Shown here: piece after piece, positions 35,419-44,786 of the stretch
Position numbering within the stretch: the first letter of the stretch is position 1
How the letters are laid out: each line of letters opens with the position of its first letter
From: Parcubacteria group bacterium
GTDB lineage: Bacteria > Patescibacteriota > Minisyncoccia > Phycocordibacterales > UBA2135
Direction of reading: 5' to 3'
NCBI GenBank assembly: GCA_016180525.1
Contig: JACPBB010000002.1
Span: forward strand, 1 to 46,823
DNA: 46,823 nt
Made by a program: the position numbers and the translations under genes
The notes under the pieces: model-generated
The model's input: only the letters and a program-made list of their open reading frames with translations
The model's database searches: none
What the model was told of the DNA's origin: nothing

Positions 35419-36507
35419 ATGAAACATTTCCGATTAGTTGTTGCGTCTTTCGCTGTCTTTATACTTCTTGCAGGTCCGACATTGGCAAAAGAGCCGCCAC
35501 TTAGTTTTTCTTCGGTTGTTAAAAGGGTATCTTCTGCTGTGATAAGCATTGAGACAACAAGGACGGTAACGGAAGAAAACCCGGAGCCGCAAAATCAACA
35601 GGACATGCTTCCCCCTGGTTCTCCGTTAAGAAAATTGTTTCCTAAACCAAAAAAGCAAGAGGTGCAAAAAAGGAAAGTAGTGTCAGTCGGCGCTGGATCT
35701 GTAATTAGTCCTGATGGATATATCGTTACGAATAATCATGTGGTGCGGGGGGCGGATAGTATAGAAATTATATTTTCTGATGATACCCATACTCCTGCAA
35801 AAATAATCGGGCAAGATGCAAAGACTGATATCGCTGTTTTAAAAATTGACTCTCCCAAACCTCTCGCCCACCTTGTGTTTGGTAATTCTGAATCAGTTGA
35901 GGTCGGGGACTGGGTTATTGCCGTTGGAAACCCGTTTAATTTGCGTAATACGGTAAGCGTCGGAATTATTTCGGCAAAACACAGAAAAATACCCGATATG
36001 CTTGCTCATTATCTCCAAACGGACACATCAATTAACCAGGGCAATTCAGGCGGACCGCTTTTTAATCTCACTGGAGAGGTTATCGGTATAAACACCGCAA
36101 TCTTTTCACTAACAGGCGGAAGTATTGGAATTGGATTCGCACTTCCTTCAAATGAGACAAGACATGTAGTTGACGAACTGCGTACGCACGGCAAATTGAG
36201 ACAAGTGTGGTTCGGCGTAAGACCCGCTGACATTACCGAGGAACATTCGCCTTCTATAAGAACGTATAAAGATAATGGGGTTTTAATAACCGAAGTAACT
36301 ATCGGAAGCCCCGCGCATGGAGGGGGACTCAAAAACTCGGATATTGTTGTCTCTTTTAATGAGAAGCGAATAAAAACAGTTGATGACTTAAAGTCAGCCT
36401 TGCTGTTTGCCCGAATTGGCAGCAACGCGAAAGTGCGCGTGGTGCGGAACGGAAGAAATGTGGAACTTTCAATCCTCATCAAAGAAAAGCCCGAGACAAG
36501 CAATTAA
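35419..36507 (+). CDS. htrA: HtrA/DegP-family serine protease with one PDZ domain
   Basis: ATG 35419 with GGAG 7 nt upstream (track ORF starts at TTG 35395). Signal peptide. TNNHVV, DIAVLKI, GNSGGPLF. Confidence 0.88.
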   Translation: MKHFRLVVASFAVFILLAGPTLAKEPPLSFSSVVKRVSSAVISIETTRTVTEENPEPQNQQDMLPPGSPLRKLFPKPKKQEVQKRKVVSVGAGSVISPDGYIVTNNHVVRGADSIEIIFSDDTHTPAKIIGQDAKTDIAVLKIDSPKPLAHLVFGNSESVEVGDWVIAVGNPFNLRNTVSVGIISAKHRKIPDMLAHYLQTDTSINQGNSGGPLFNLTGEVIGINTAIFSLTGGSIGIGFALPSNETRHVVDELRTHGKLRQVWFGVRPADITEEHSPSIRTYKDNGVLITEVTIGSPAHGGGLKNSDIVVSFNEKRIKTVDDLKSALLFARIGSNAKVRVVRNGRNVELSILIKEKPETSN

Positions 36508-36526
36508 AATAGTAATTAAAAAAATA

Positions 36527-36551
36527 AACCCATCTTAGTTTTAGATGGGTT
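36527..36551 (+). terminator. Terminator after htrA
   Basis: aacccatct-tagtttt-agatgggtt followed by a T-run. Confidence 0.7.
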
Positions 36552-36671
36552 TTTTCTATATTTTTTATATTTTAACAACTGTATGCTTGTCCAGATTCGC
36601 TTCAAATTTGTGGAAACATTTTCATTTATTGATTATTACGGCCATATATACTTGTACACACAAGGGCGTGG

Positions 36672-37910
36672 TTAAGAAAGACGCCTCGTAATCGGCTTAG
36701 AGCGAACAAGTGGCAAAAAGAACCACATACACGCGACAAAGAGCGCCGAGAGAATAACAAGAGGTTTATAGTGAAACATCTCGTAGATATTTGCACCAAT
36801 AATATTTCCCACGCGCGCGCCAAAGTTGGTCATTGACATGAGGAGCGCAAATACTGTTCCCTCGGCGTTTTCTGGACACACTCGCGCGGCAAGTGTTAAA
36901 ACACCAAGAAATGTAATAACTCCTATAAACGAAGTCGAGCCGCTCACAATAAACGCAGTTGCCAGATTGTCATAAAACAAATATGCAAGCGTCGTAAGGC
37001 ATCCCACGGCAATGATGCCATTCAAAAGCACCCGCTCAGAGAGTTTGCTGCAAAAAGCCGCATAGACGAGAGCTCCAACAATAAAACAAATTTGCGATAT
37101 GGTTCCAATGTGTCCGATCTGAACCTGCGTGAACTTCAAAACATCAATTTGATAATTATAGAGAACCGTCCCTAAGCCGGGCTGCATGTTGAAGAGAAAA
37201 AGAAAGATGGCACATCCCCAAATAGGTTTCATCTTGAGCGCCTCTTTGACACCGAGCCATGCCTTCCTTGAAGCATCCGCGACCGAAACAGATTTTTCTT
37301 CTTTCAGAAAGCGAGCCGTAACAAAAATAACGATACACGGAGCAACAGCAGAAATAAGAACAGCATTTTGGAAAGAAAGGTATTCTGCTATATATCCGCC
37401 GAAAAACGTAACAATAACGCCAGCGCATGAAATAGAGAGCCATTGTGCTGATTGCAATCGGTCTGTCGCCTGTAGCGGCTTTCCTCGCTCAACCATGACC
37501 GCGTCGCAGAGAACGTCCGAGCAAGCATATCCGACCATTGCAATAAAATACAACGCCAATACTGTCGTATATGAGTATCCGAAAAATGATATAAGAATAT
37601 ATGCTCCGAGACTCAAGAATGATGCGATAAAGAAATAGCTTTTACGCCGATATCCAAAAATGGGAACGCTGTCCGATAAAAACCCGTAGAGAGGTTTTAT
37701 CATCCAGGGTATCGTAACCAAAAACATAAAGCTCGCCTGCCCCGCAGGATTGAGCCCCAAATTGTTTTTCAAAAACAGATCAAGGGCTTGAGCATGAAAT
37801 CCTGGATTTCCGCCTAATCCCTGCAGAAAATAATACACTCCGACAAGAATCATGAGCGGCAATATATTTGACAAACGCACGCCATCACAGAGTGTCGCAA
37901 TTCGGTTCAT
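36672..37910 (-). CDS. Folate-biopterin transporter (BT1/FBT) family MFS permease
   Basis: 12 helices. Signature loop PWMIKPLYGFLSDSVPIFGYRRKSY. Confidence 0.6.
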   Translation of the reverse strand: MNRIATLCDGVRLSNILPLMILVGVYYFLQGLGGNPGFHAQALDLFLKNNLGLNPAGQASFMFLVTIPWMIKPLYGFLSDSVPIFGYRRKSYFFIASFLSLGAYILISFFGYSYTTVLALYFIAMVGYACSDVLCDAVMVERGKPLQATDRLQSAQWLSISCAGVIVTFFGGYIAEYLSFQNAVLISAVAPCIVIFVTARFLKEEKSVSVADASRKAWLGVKEALKMKPIWGCAIFLFLFNMQPGLGTVLYNYQIDVLKFTQVQIGHIGTISQICFIVGALVYAAFCSKLSERVLLNGIIAVGCLTTLAYLFYDNLATAFIVSGSTSFIGVITFLGVLTLAARVCPENAEGTVFALLMSMTNFGARVGNIIGANIYEMFHYKPLVILSALFVACMWFFLPLVRSKPITRRLS

Positions 37911-38005
37911 AGCAATGATCCTTTGTTCATTTCTGAAAAAAGTTAAACACGGCGAACATGAAAACGTAACTAGATAATATTTTTTTGTATGTTACAATAA
38001 TTCTC

Positions 38006-38629
38006 ATGCATGTATATCAAGAGAAAAAATTTACTATTCCCGAATTAAAAGGAATATCTCCAAAACAATTAGAAGTACATTTGGGGCTTTACGCCGGGTA
38101 TGTAAAACATGTAAATCTTCTGCGGGAGAAAATTCATGAGCTAGAGGCAGCAGACAAAGAAAAAAACGCCTACACGATTGCTGAACTACGAAGACGATTT
38201 AGTTTTGAGTTTAACGGCATGCGCATGCATGAATATTATTTTGAACAGTGGGAAAAAGGGCCTAAAACACTGACGGGTTCGTCAGCACTCGCCCAAGCTG
38301 TTTCGGAAAAATACGGTTCGTGGGAAAATTTTATTTCTCATTTTAAAACAGTTGGCATGAGCCGCGGCATCGGCTGGACGGTGCTCTATTGGGACCCGAC
38401 CGGTAAAACACCCGCTTCGCCCGCGAAGCGAGGCGAGCCACATACGGCATGGGTTGGAGACCACGAACTCGGCACACTTGCGGGGTTGCCAGTCATACTT
38501 GCCCTTGATATGTGGGAGCACGCGTTTATGGTTGATTACACGCCCGCGGAGAAAGGAAAATATATTGACGCGTTTCTTCTAAATCTTAATTGGAGCATTC
38601 CCGAAGAACGATTCAAAAAGGCACAGTAA
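38006..38629 (+). CDS. sodA: Fe/Mn-family superoxide dismutase
   Basis: ATG 38006 (track ORF starts at TTG 37985). Ligand contexts LEVH, MHEYYF, DMWEHAF. GIGWTVLYW. Confidence 0.7.
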   Translation: MHVYQEKKFTIPELKGISPKQLEVHLGLYAGYVKHVNLLREKIHELEAADKEKNAYTIAELRRRFSFEFNGMRMHEYYFEQWEKGPKTLTGSSALAQAVSEKYGSWENFISHFKTVGMSRGIGWTVLYWDPTGKTPASPAKRGEPHTAWVGDHELGTLAGLPVILALDMWEHAFMVDYTPAEKGKYIDAFLLNLNWSIPEERFKKAQ

Positions 38630-38653
38630 AAAAATCCCCGCAAGGGGATTTTT
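38630..38653. terminator. Bidirectional terminator between sod and the convergent secreted-protein gene
   Basis: aaaaatcccc-gcaa-ggggattttt. Confidence 0.7.
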
Positions 38654-38659
38654 AAATAT

Positions 38660-39112
38660 TTAAATTCCAACACCATCTTCAACGCGGACAGAAACGGCTG
38701 AAAAATATATTTTAGAAACACCACTGACATTCACACGTGCCCGCATAAGAGTTCCTTCAGTTTTAACTATCTTTCCATTTTTCTGGACAGAAATAACAGT
38801 GCGCCGATACACAATAAGTGGAGTAACAAAACCGCTCACAATAGCGCATTTCGAATTTCCCGCCTTGTCATTTGAATTGAGCAGAAGAAGTGTCCTTGAA
38901 AGAGCCGCGTCACGCCCGCCTTGCTCGTTTGCAATCAATATGGAATCTGCGTCCGCCTTTTCGGTACAAACCAGAATTCTGATAGACACCGTGCTCTGTT
39001 CGTTAAGAATAAGGTCACTGTGAGTGCTGTTGTGGTGAGCTTGCGCTAAAGACGCTGCACCCAAAAGACAAAGCGCAAACACTGCCACCGCCTGCAAAAC
39101 TTTATTCATCAT
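38660..39112 (-). CDS. Small secreted hypothetical protein
   Basis: Signal peptide MMNKVLQAVAVFALCLLGAASLAQA. 150 aa. No recognised domain. Confidence 0.6.
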   Translation of the reverse strand: MMNKVLQAVAVFALCLLGAASLAQAHHNSTHSDLILNEQSTVSIRILVCTEKADADSILIANEQGGRDAALSRTLLLLNSNDKAGNSKCAIVSGFVTPLIVYRRTVISVQKNGKIVKTEGTLMRARVNVSGVSKIYFSAVSVRVEDGVGI

Positions 39113-39184
39113 GTTCTCCCGTAAAAGTTTCTTTCTTCACCTTATTCTCCTCACATTAAAAAGGCAAGTTTTTGTGTTAAGAAT

Positions 39185-40681
39185 CTACTTTTGCATTTTT
39201 ACCCTTCCAAAAAAGTAGAAAAGAGTAACCCCATAAAGTGCGTATAGAAAGAGTGCGGCGGCAAATGGAAAATTTTTGATAGTAACTGATGCAAACGGAA
39301 GTGAATTAAAAATATCAACCACCGTAAGCTCATACGATAAAAGCGCGTATGTCACCCACGCAAACGGAAGCGAGAGCAAGAAACTTATAACACCGAGAAC
39401 TCCGGTTAGAAACCCAAACAGCATTGTGAATGGAATAAACGCGAGAATGAGCATGTTGACCGGCACGGAAACAATACTCAACTGCCCCGTCATATATAAA
39501 AGAAGCGGCAAGACGAATAATTGCGTCGCGATTGTTGCCGTTAAAACATCGCGCAAACCAAGACGCTCGGTAATAAATGAAAAATATTTTTGCAAATGTG
39601 GCGCAAGATATATAAGACCGACCGTCGCCATAAACGAAAGCTGAAACGACGCGTCAAATATTAAAATGTGCGGATTGTGAATAAGCATCGCCGTCGCGGC
39701 AATCATAAGCGCTATCGTTATTTCGTACACCCTTCCTGTCGCCCGCGCGAAGAGGACCAGAAGCGCCATGATAGATGCTCGCACGATTGTCGCCCCCGCT
39801 CCGGTCATTAAAGCAAACCCCACAATGCCGAGTGATGAGAGTGAAAGCGCGAAATATCGCGGAGCAAATGAGGCAACCTTGCCTATCCATTCGGCAACAA
39901 TCGTCACATTATATCCGGATAAAACGACGATATGGATGATGCCTGTCGCGCGGAACGCATCAAGCAATTCTTCTCCGAGCGAATGCTTCGCGCCAAAGAC
40001 GATGCCGCCGACGAGCGATGCATGCGGCTCGGGAATAGCACGGGATATTGAATCAGTAAGCGCATGTTTTATTGAAAAGAGCGCAGATTTTATTTTGTTT
40101 CCGTTGCCGTGTCCGACAAGTTCAATCTTCGGGTAAAACATTTGATAATAAATGCCGTCTTTTTTGAGCCATGAAACATAGTCAAACACTCTTCCCGAAT
40201 CAGAGCCAGAAAAATTTTTTGGAATTTGGAGTTCTCCGCGCACGCCCACTTTGTCTCCGTATTTAAATTGCGGATACTGCTCGGCTACAAGCAACGCTTT
40301 TACTGATTGAGAAATATTCGTCTCATTCACTTTTTCAATTTTGAGCGTTAGTTTCGTATGTGTCTCGCGCACATCCGGCTCATCAACAATAACACCCGCG
40401 ATTTCAATATTTCTCCCCGCGTATTCAGCAAGCGGCGGAGCAATATCGCTTATGTCGTAACGCAAAACACCAAGCCCAAACGAAACGAGCGTTATCCCCG
40501 CAAACAAAAACAACATACCAACATTCTCAAGTATGTTGGTATGTTGTAAGAAATATAGAATGAATAATATCAGACCGAGAAAAAGGAGAAAAACGGGAAA
40601 ATAAATGCCGAAATCAAAAAACGAGCGAAACGCAATCCCGCCCGCGAAAGCAATAAAAGAAACAAGCATCCATTTGTTCAT
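39185..40681 (-). CDS. comEC: ComEC/Rec2 DNA-uptake channel protein (DUF4131 + competence domain only, no MBL domain)
   Basis: Multi-pass. GIIHIVVLSGYNVTIVAEW competence motif. 498 aa ending in TM segments. Confidence 0.85.
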   Translation of the reverse strand: MNKWMLVSFIAFAGGIAFRSFFDFGIYFPVFLLFLGLILFILYFLQHTNILENVGMLFLFAGITLVSFGLGVLRYDISDIAPPLAEYAGRNIEIAGVIVDEPDVRETHTKLTLKIEKVNETNISQSVKALLVAEQYPQFKYGDKVGVRGELQIPKNFSGSDSGRVFDYVSWLKKDGIYYQMFYPKIELVGHGNGNKIKSALFSIKHALTDSISRAIPEPHASLVGGIVFGAKHSLGEELLDAFRATGIIHIVVLSGYNVTIVAEWIGKVASFAPRYFALSLSSLGIVGFALMTGAGATIVRASIMALLVLFARATGRVYEITIALMIAATAMLIHNPHILIFDASFQLSFMATVGLIYLAPHLQKYFSFITERLGLRDVLTATIATQLFVLPLLLYMTGQLSIVSVPVNMLILAFIPFTMLFGFLTGVLGVISFLLSLPFAWVTYALLSYELTVVDIFNSLPFASVTIKNFPFAAALFLYALYGVTLFYFFGRVKMQK

Positions 40682-40719
40682 ATTGTAGTAATACTACCCC
40701 TAAGATATTAAATTACAAA

Positions 40720-40743
40720 AAACGCTGGAAAATACCAGCGTTT
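40720..40743 (-). terminator. Terminator after the 132-aa membrane-protein gene
   Basis: aaacgctgg-aaaata-ccagcgttt, T-run on the minus strand. Confidence 0.6.
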
Positions 40744-40753
40744 AAAAATAAAT

Positions 40754-41152
40754 TTAAAATAAATAATATGAAAAGAATATCATATTTATGGCAAATCCCA
40801 AGACGGGTGCCGCGAAAATAAATATGTCGCCCAGACTAGCTACTCCAATGTGGGGAATTGGAATAATATCTCCAAACAAGTTAAGATGAGTAGCGGACGA
40901 CATCGGTACATACTCATGCTTGTTGTGCAACTGAGACATCCGTATTTGAATTTTATGCATTGCGGTAACTCGAATGGGCATTTTGTTCTTATTGCAAAAC
41001 ATAACAAGCAAATTCATGCCACGACCCAAAAACATTAAAACAAAGAAAATGCACGCGGAATAAATTATACCGTATATGTATTGCGATTCTATAATCAAGA
41101 ATAACAAACTACTCATTAAATAAGAAAAGAAGGAGCATAAAAAGACAAGCAT
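40754..41152 (-). CDS. Small multi-pass membrane protein (DUF5317-like by recollection)
   Basis: Four hydrophobic segments. NKNKMPIRV ... LFGDIIPIP ... SLGDIFIF. Confidence 0.45.
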   Translation of the reverse strand: MLVFLCSFFSYLMSSLLFLIIESQYIYGIIYSACIFFVLMFLGRGMNLLVMFCNKNKMPIRVTAMHKIQIRMSQLHNKHEYVPMSSATHLNLFGDIIPIPHIGVASLGDIFIFAAPVLGFAINMIFFSYYLF

Positions 41153-41249
41153 CCCTTATCCTTTGTCTTTGGAAACAAACCTATACCAAGCATAGTTTTT
41201 TCATCTGTTCTGTCAATACATTGCAGCCATTGCGCAAAGGCCCACCAAA

Positions 41250-41717
41250 TTAGAGTAACGTTCCTGTTGTTTTTTGTTTATTCTCCCCCTTGTCCATCGC
41301 CTTATTCGCAAGCTCGTCGGCTTTTTTGTTTTTCTCACGCGGAATGTGCGTGAGAGTAAGATTCGGAATGTCTGAGACGCGCATGTTCCATACTTTTATA
41401 AACTGCGGAAAAAGCGATTCTTCTTTTATTTGATATTTTCCGCTTAACTGTCTCGCCACAAGCTCGCTGTCTGTCTTCACCTCCACTTCCATTTCTTTTA
41501 ATTTTTCTTTTCCAAATATTTTTTTGACGGCTTGAAGACCGAGGATAATCGCCTGATACTCTGCCCAGTTATTCGTCCGCACACCCAGAAACTCCGAAAT
41601 CTCTTTCAACACATTCCCTTTTTCGTCGGCTATCACCGCGCCGGCTCCCGCGATTCCAGGGTTGTTTCGTGACCCACCGTCTGTATAAATTATAATTTTC
41701 CTTAATTCTTGATTCAT
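41250..41717 (-). CDS. rnhA: Ribonuclease HI
   Basis: IYTDGGSRNNPG, NNWAEYQAII, TDSELV, NKKADELAN. Confidence 0.88.
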   Translation of the reverse strand: MNQELRKIIIYTDGGSRNNPGIAGAGAVIADEKGNVLKEISEFLGVRTNNWAEYQAIILGLQAVKKIFGKEKLKEMEVEVKTDSELVARQLSGKYQIKEESLFPQFIKVWNMRVSDIPNLTLTHIPREKNKKADELANKAMDKGENKQKTTGTLL

Positions 41718-41723
41718 AATTCA

Positions 41724-43412
41724 TTATTCCTCGCGTGTCATTGAAATGACACGCAAGCGAGGAGCACGGGAGCCACGGAAGCCGTTGCGCTCCATGTGCG
41801 CGGTAAGCGCGACTCTGTCCCCTTCTTTAAACTGAGAAACCAATTCGTCTGCAAAAAATGAAACCGCGGGCACCTCTCTGCCACTCATATTTTTAAAAAT
41901 AAACGTCATATGATTTTTTTCTTTACCAAAAAACTGCACACCATCAATTTTTATGTTTGGAAATATAAAAACGGGTTTGGGGTTCCCCGTGCCGAATGGA
42001 GAGAGCCGTTCAATAAGGGAGAGTGTCTGTTCCGTCACTTCATCAAGTGAGAGCTCCGCGTCAACAATGACATCTCTACTTTTGGGGTCGCGTTTCTCAA
42101 TTTTCTGGTGCGCCTCAAGGAGCGCGTCTTCAAATAAATGAATTTTTTCATTGTGAATTGAAAATCCGCCGGAATTCGCGTGCCCGCCAAAGTCAATAAA
42201 TATACCTTCCGTAACCTCTCGCATACACTCAACAACGTGAATGCTCCCGTTTGAGCGGCATGAGCCGCGAATAACCTCCGAGCCAAGCCGTCCCCACAAA
42301 AAAACAGGGCGTTCATATTTCTGACTTAGCGTGTTTGCCGCAAGCCCCAAAACACCAGGCTGCCAGTTGGGATTGCCCGTCACTACCACATCTTTGACGC
42401 CATTACTTTCTATTTTTTTAGTCGCTTCTTTAATAATGCCCGCCACAACGCCTTTCCGTTTATTGTTAAGGGAATTTAAATTTTTAAGCGTTTCGCGCGC
42501 CTTTATTTCATCGCGCTCGGAGAGAAAGTGAAATCCTAAAATAGGGTCATCCATTCTGCTTGCCGCGTTTATCCGCGGGCCAATCACAAAACCGATATCG
42601 TCTTCCGTTACAAACCGCTGATCCACATAAAGACTCCTGAATAAATGCATAAGCCCCGGCCGAGGCGATTTGCGAAGCACTTTTAATCCGTAATAGGCAA
42701 GAGCCCTGTTTTCTCCGACAAGTGGCACCATGTCCGAGACCGTGGCAATCGCCACCATGTCCAGAAGCCACTTCTCCCAGCCGTCATGAATTTCAAACGC
42801 GCTTTGTTTTTTCCCCTCTTCTACTATCGCCTGAATGAATTTAAACGCCACGCCGCATCCGCATAAATCTTTAAAAGGATATTCATCTTCTTTTTGGTGC
42901 GGATTTATAATTGCATGGGCTTCGGGAAGTATTTCGGATGGCTCGCCCGCCTTGCTATCGCCCTCACGAGGCAGGTGGTGGTCGGTTACGATAATATCTA
43001 CTCCGAGAGTATTCGCGTGCGCGATTTCGTCTACATTTGTAATACCGCAGTCAACAGTAATGAGAAGAGAGGCTCCTCGTTCTTTACATTTACTAATTGC
43101 CTCTTTGCTTAAGCCAAAGCCTTCAGCGTGTCTGTGTGGAATATAATTTTCAAAATTCTCGTAGCCCACTTTTTTGAAAAAATCGTGAAACATAACCGCG
43201 GCGGGAAGCCCGTCGGTGTCATAATCAGTAAAAATCACAATTCGCTCGTTGTTTTTAAGCGCATGCACAAAACGAGAGGCCGCCCTTTCCATGCCCTTCA
43301 TTAAAAACGGGTCGTGCAGGCCTTTTTCATAATCGGGATTTAAAAAAACCTCCCGTTCGGATTCGTCGGTGATGCCTCGTTTTTGAAGGAGAGTATCTGT
43401 GAGCGCGTGCAT
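41724..43412 (-). CDS. recJ: Single-stranded-DNA-specific exonuclease RecJ
   Basis: DHH motifs DYDTDG, ITVDCG, VTDHH. DHHA1 GGHANSGG. Track ORF starts at GTG 43442 inside the upstream hairpin, so the first ATG (43412) is preferred. Confidence 0.9.
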   Translation of the reverse strand: MHALTDTLLQKRGITDESEREVFLNPDYEKGLHDPFLMKGMERAASRFVHALKNNERIVIFTDYDTDGLPAAVMFHDFFKKVGYENFENYIPHRHAEGFGLSKEAISKCKERGASLLITVDCGITNVDEIAHANTLGVDIIVTDHHLPREGDSKAGEPSEILPEAHAIINPHQKEDEYPFKDLCGCGVAFKFIQAIVEEGKKQSAFEIHDGWEKWLLDMVAIATVSDMVPLVGENRALAYYGLKVLRKSPRPGLMHLFRSLYVDQRFVTEDDIGFVIGPRINAASRMDDPILGFHFLSERDEIKARETLKNLNSLNNKRKGVVAGIIKEATKKIESNGVKDVVVTGNPNWQPGVLGLAANTLSQKYERPVFLWGRLGSEVIRGSCRSNGSIHVVECMREVTEGIFIDFGGHANSGGFSIHNEKIHLFEDALLEAHQKIEKRDPKSRDVIVDAELSLDEVTEQTLSLIERLSPFGTGNPKPVFIFPNIKIDGVQFFGKEKNHMTFIFKNMSGREVPAVSFFADELVSQFKEGDRVALTAHMERNGFRGSRAPRLRVISMTREE

Positions 43413-43435
43413 ACTAAAAAGTATAGCACGGAAAG

Positions 43436-43481
43436 AAATCACCCTGCCCCGTCGTTTGTAAACGACGGGGCAGGGTGATTT
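43436..43481 (-). terminator. Very strong hairpin (about 21-bp stem) after the 152-aa gene; shares its core stem with the hairpin at 46225..46252
   Basis: aaatcaccctgccccgtcgtt-tgta-aacgacggggcagggtgattt. Confidence 0.7.
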
Positions 43482-43512
43482 TCCATAAAAAAGTTAGGTA
43501 ATTTTGTTTCGT

Positions 43513-43971
43513 TTAATTCTCTTTCGGATTTGCTCTTTTTTCCGCGCGAATGTATATCGGCTCCCCTTCAAGTGTTTTATTCCATTCTGTTTTTTCCGCA
43601 TAGGTCTCCCCACCAAATCCGTTCATTAATTCGGAAATTTTTATCGCCACACGCTCGTCCTGATATACGGGTTTAATCCAAAATAAGACACTATATGTAC
43701 CAACAGTGTTTTTGCCCCATACACACCATCGAGGGTGCGCATCTACATCGCAAGAATATTCTTTAATTAAATATTCGTGAAGATCTAAGGGATTTATATA
43801 CTCTTCCTCTTTTAAAATGTTTTGCTGTTTTCTTCCGAATATTCTTTGCGCTTTTTTAAATGAAAGAACATTTTCCTCTTTGGGTACTGCTTGAGAGTCT
43901 TTGGATAAAACCTCGTTTTCTGGAATATCTTCTGGATTTAATTCAGGATGTATTCGTTCAATTTTGGACAT
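43513..43971 (-). CDS. Cytoplasmic hypothetical protein
   Basis: 152 aa. Starts 2 nt after the SIMPL gene stop. No TM or recognised motif. Confidence 0.6.
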   Translation of the reverse strand: MSKIERIHPELNPEDIPENEVLSKDSQAVPKEENVLSFKKAQRIFGRKQQNILKEEEYINPLDLHEYLIKEYSCDVDAHPRWCVWGKNTVGTYSVLFWIKPVYQDERVAIKISELMNGFGGETYAEKTEWNKTLEGEPIYIRAEKRANPKEN

Positions 43972-43973
43972 AT

Positions 43974-44786
43974 TTACTCAATCGCGTAGATGATAGTAAC
44001 AAACGATGTGATTTTATTTTCTCCCACGGGAATTTCCGGGGTGGGAGCACCGCCTCCTTTCCCAAACGCTGCCTCTGAAACTGCAAAATCACGCGCGTAA
44101 TACACTGGCCCTCCCCCCTCACTAAAGTTTACGATTTTTATAATTTTTACGTCCAAATCGTCTGCAAGTATTTTTGCTTTTTCTTTTGCGTCCGCAATTG
44201 CCTTTTTGCGCGCGTCACGCAACACCCTTTCTTCATCTTCAATCACGAAATTAACACTACTTATATTTGTCGCGCCTAATTCACCCACGCGCGCAAGCGC
44301 CTTGCCTATGGTGTCATCGTTTTTCATTTTTACTTCAACCCAGTGGGAAACTTCGTAGCCAACAAGTATTCGCTCTCCGGAAATCGGAAAACCGCCCTGC
44401 GTGCGCGACTCTTCATATTCATAACGCGGGGCAATGTTATAATTTGTCGTTTTAATATTTTTTTCAGGAACATCCATGTCTTTCTTGAGTGCGTCAAGAA
44501 TGGCATTCATTTTTTTTGTTACCACTGTTTGCGCTTCCGAAACCGTATCCGCTTCTTCAATTACCGCAAAGGAAAATTGCGCGGTGTCCGGAGCGGCAAA
44601 CACCTCTCCTTCACCTGAAACAGAAATGGTGTTTCTAAACTCAATACCCTCGCCGACAAAGCGAGCAGACTTTACTTCATTATAAAAAAGCGCGAGCACA
44701 AAAAGCGCCCCCGCCGCCAATAATACAAAAAACGCCCAGAACACATATCCGGCATATGAATCAAAATATTTTTTTAAGTTTTCCAT
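43974..44786 (-). CDS. SIMPL/DUF541 (BP26/OMP28-like) domain protein, signal-anchored
   Basis: ATG 44786 (MENLKKY) followed by a helix. ISVSGEGEVFAAPDTAQFSFAV start of the SIMPL fold. The upstream part of the track ORF overlaps the promoter region. Confidence 0.7.
   Translation of the reverse strand: MENLKKYFDSYAGYVFWAFFVLLAAGALFVLALFYNEVKSARFVGEGIEFRNTISVSGEGEVFAAPDTAQFSFAVIEEADTVSEAQTVVTKKMNAILDALKKDMDVPEKNIKTTNYNIAPRYEYEESRTQGGFPISGERILVGYEVSHWVEVKMKNDDTIGKALARVGELGATNISSVNFVIEDEERVLRDARKKAIADAKEKAKILADDLDVKIIKIVNFSEGGGPVYYARDFAVSEAAFGKGGGAPTPEIPVGENKITSFVTIIYAIE

Noticed and set aside
37911-38005. Possible folate (THF) riboswitch in the BT1 transporter leader
   Set aside because: Only 95 nt are shared with the divergent sod promoter. 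It is AT-rich with no extended helices or conserved motif that I can recognise.
29381-39184. Direct repeats, att-like sites or an integrase at the borders of the putative accessory block
   Set aside because: None were found by eye in 29381..29475 or 39113..39184. The island idea therefore rests only on gene content and the comEC/MBL split.
20334-40136. Other long antisense ORFs (20334..20741, 27778..28329, 32716..33258, 36009..36503, 37186..37638, 39276..39644, 39768..40136)
   Set aside because: Each lies opposite a gene with strong motif support (metG, the 649-aa membrane protein, S41-2, htrA, BT1, comEC). Their translations show no motifs.
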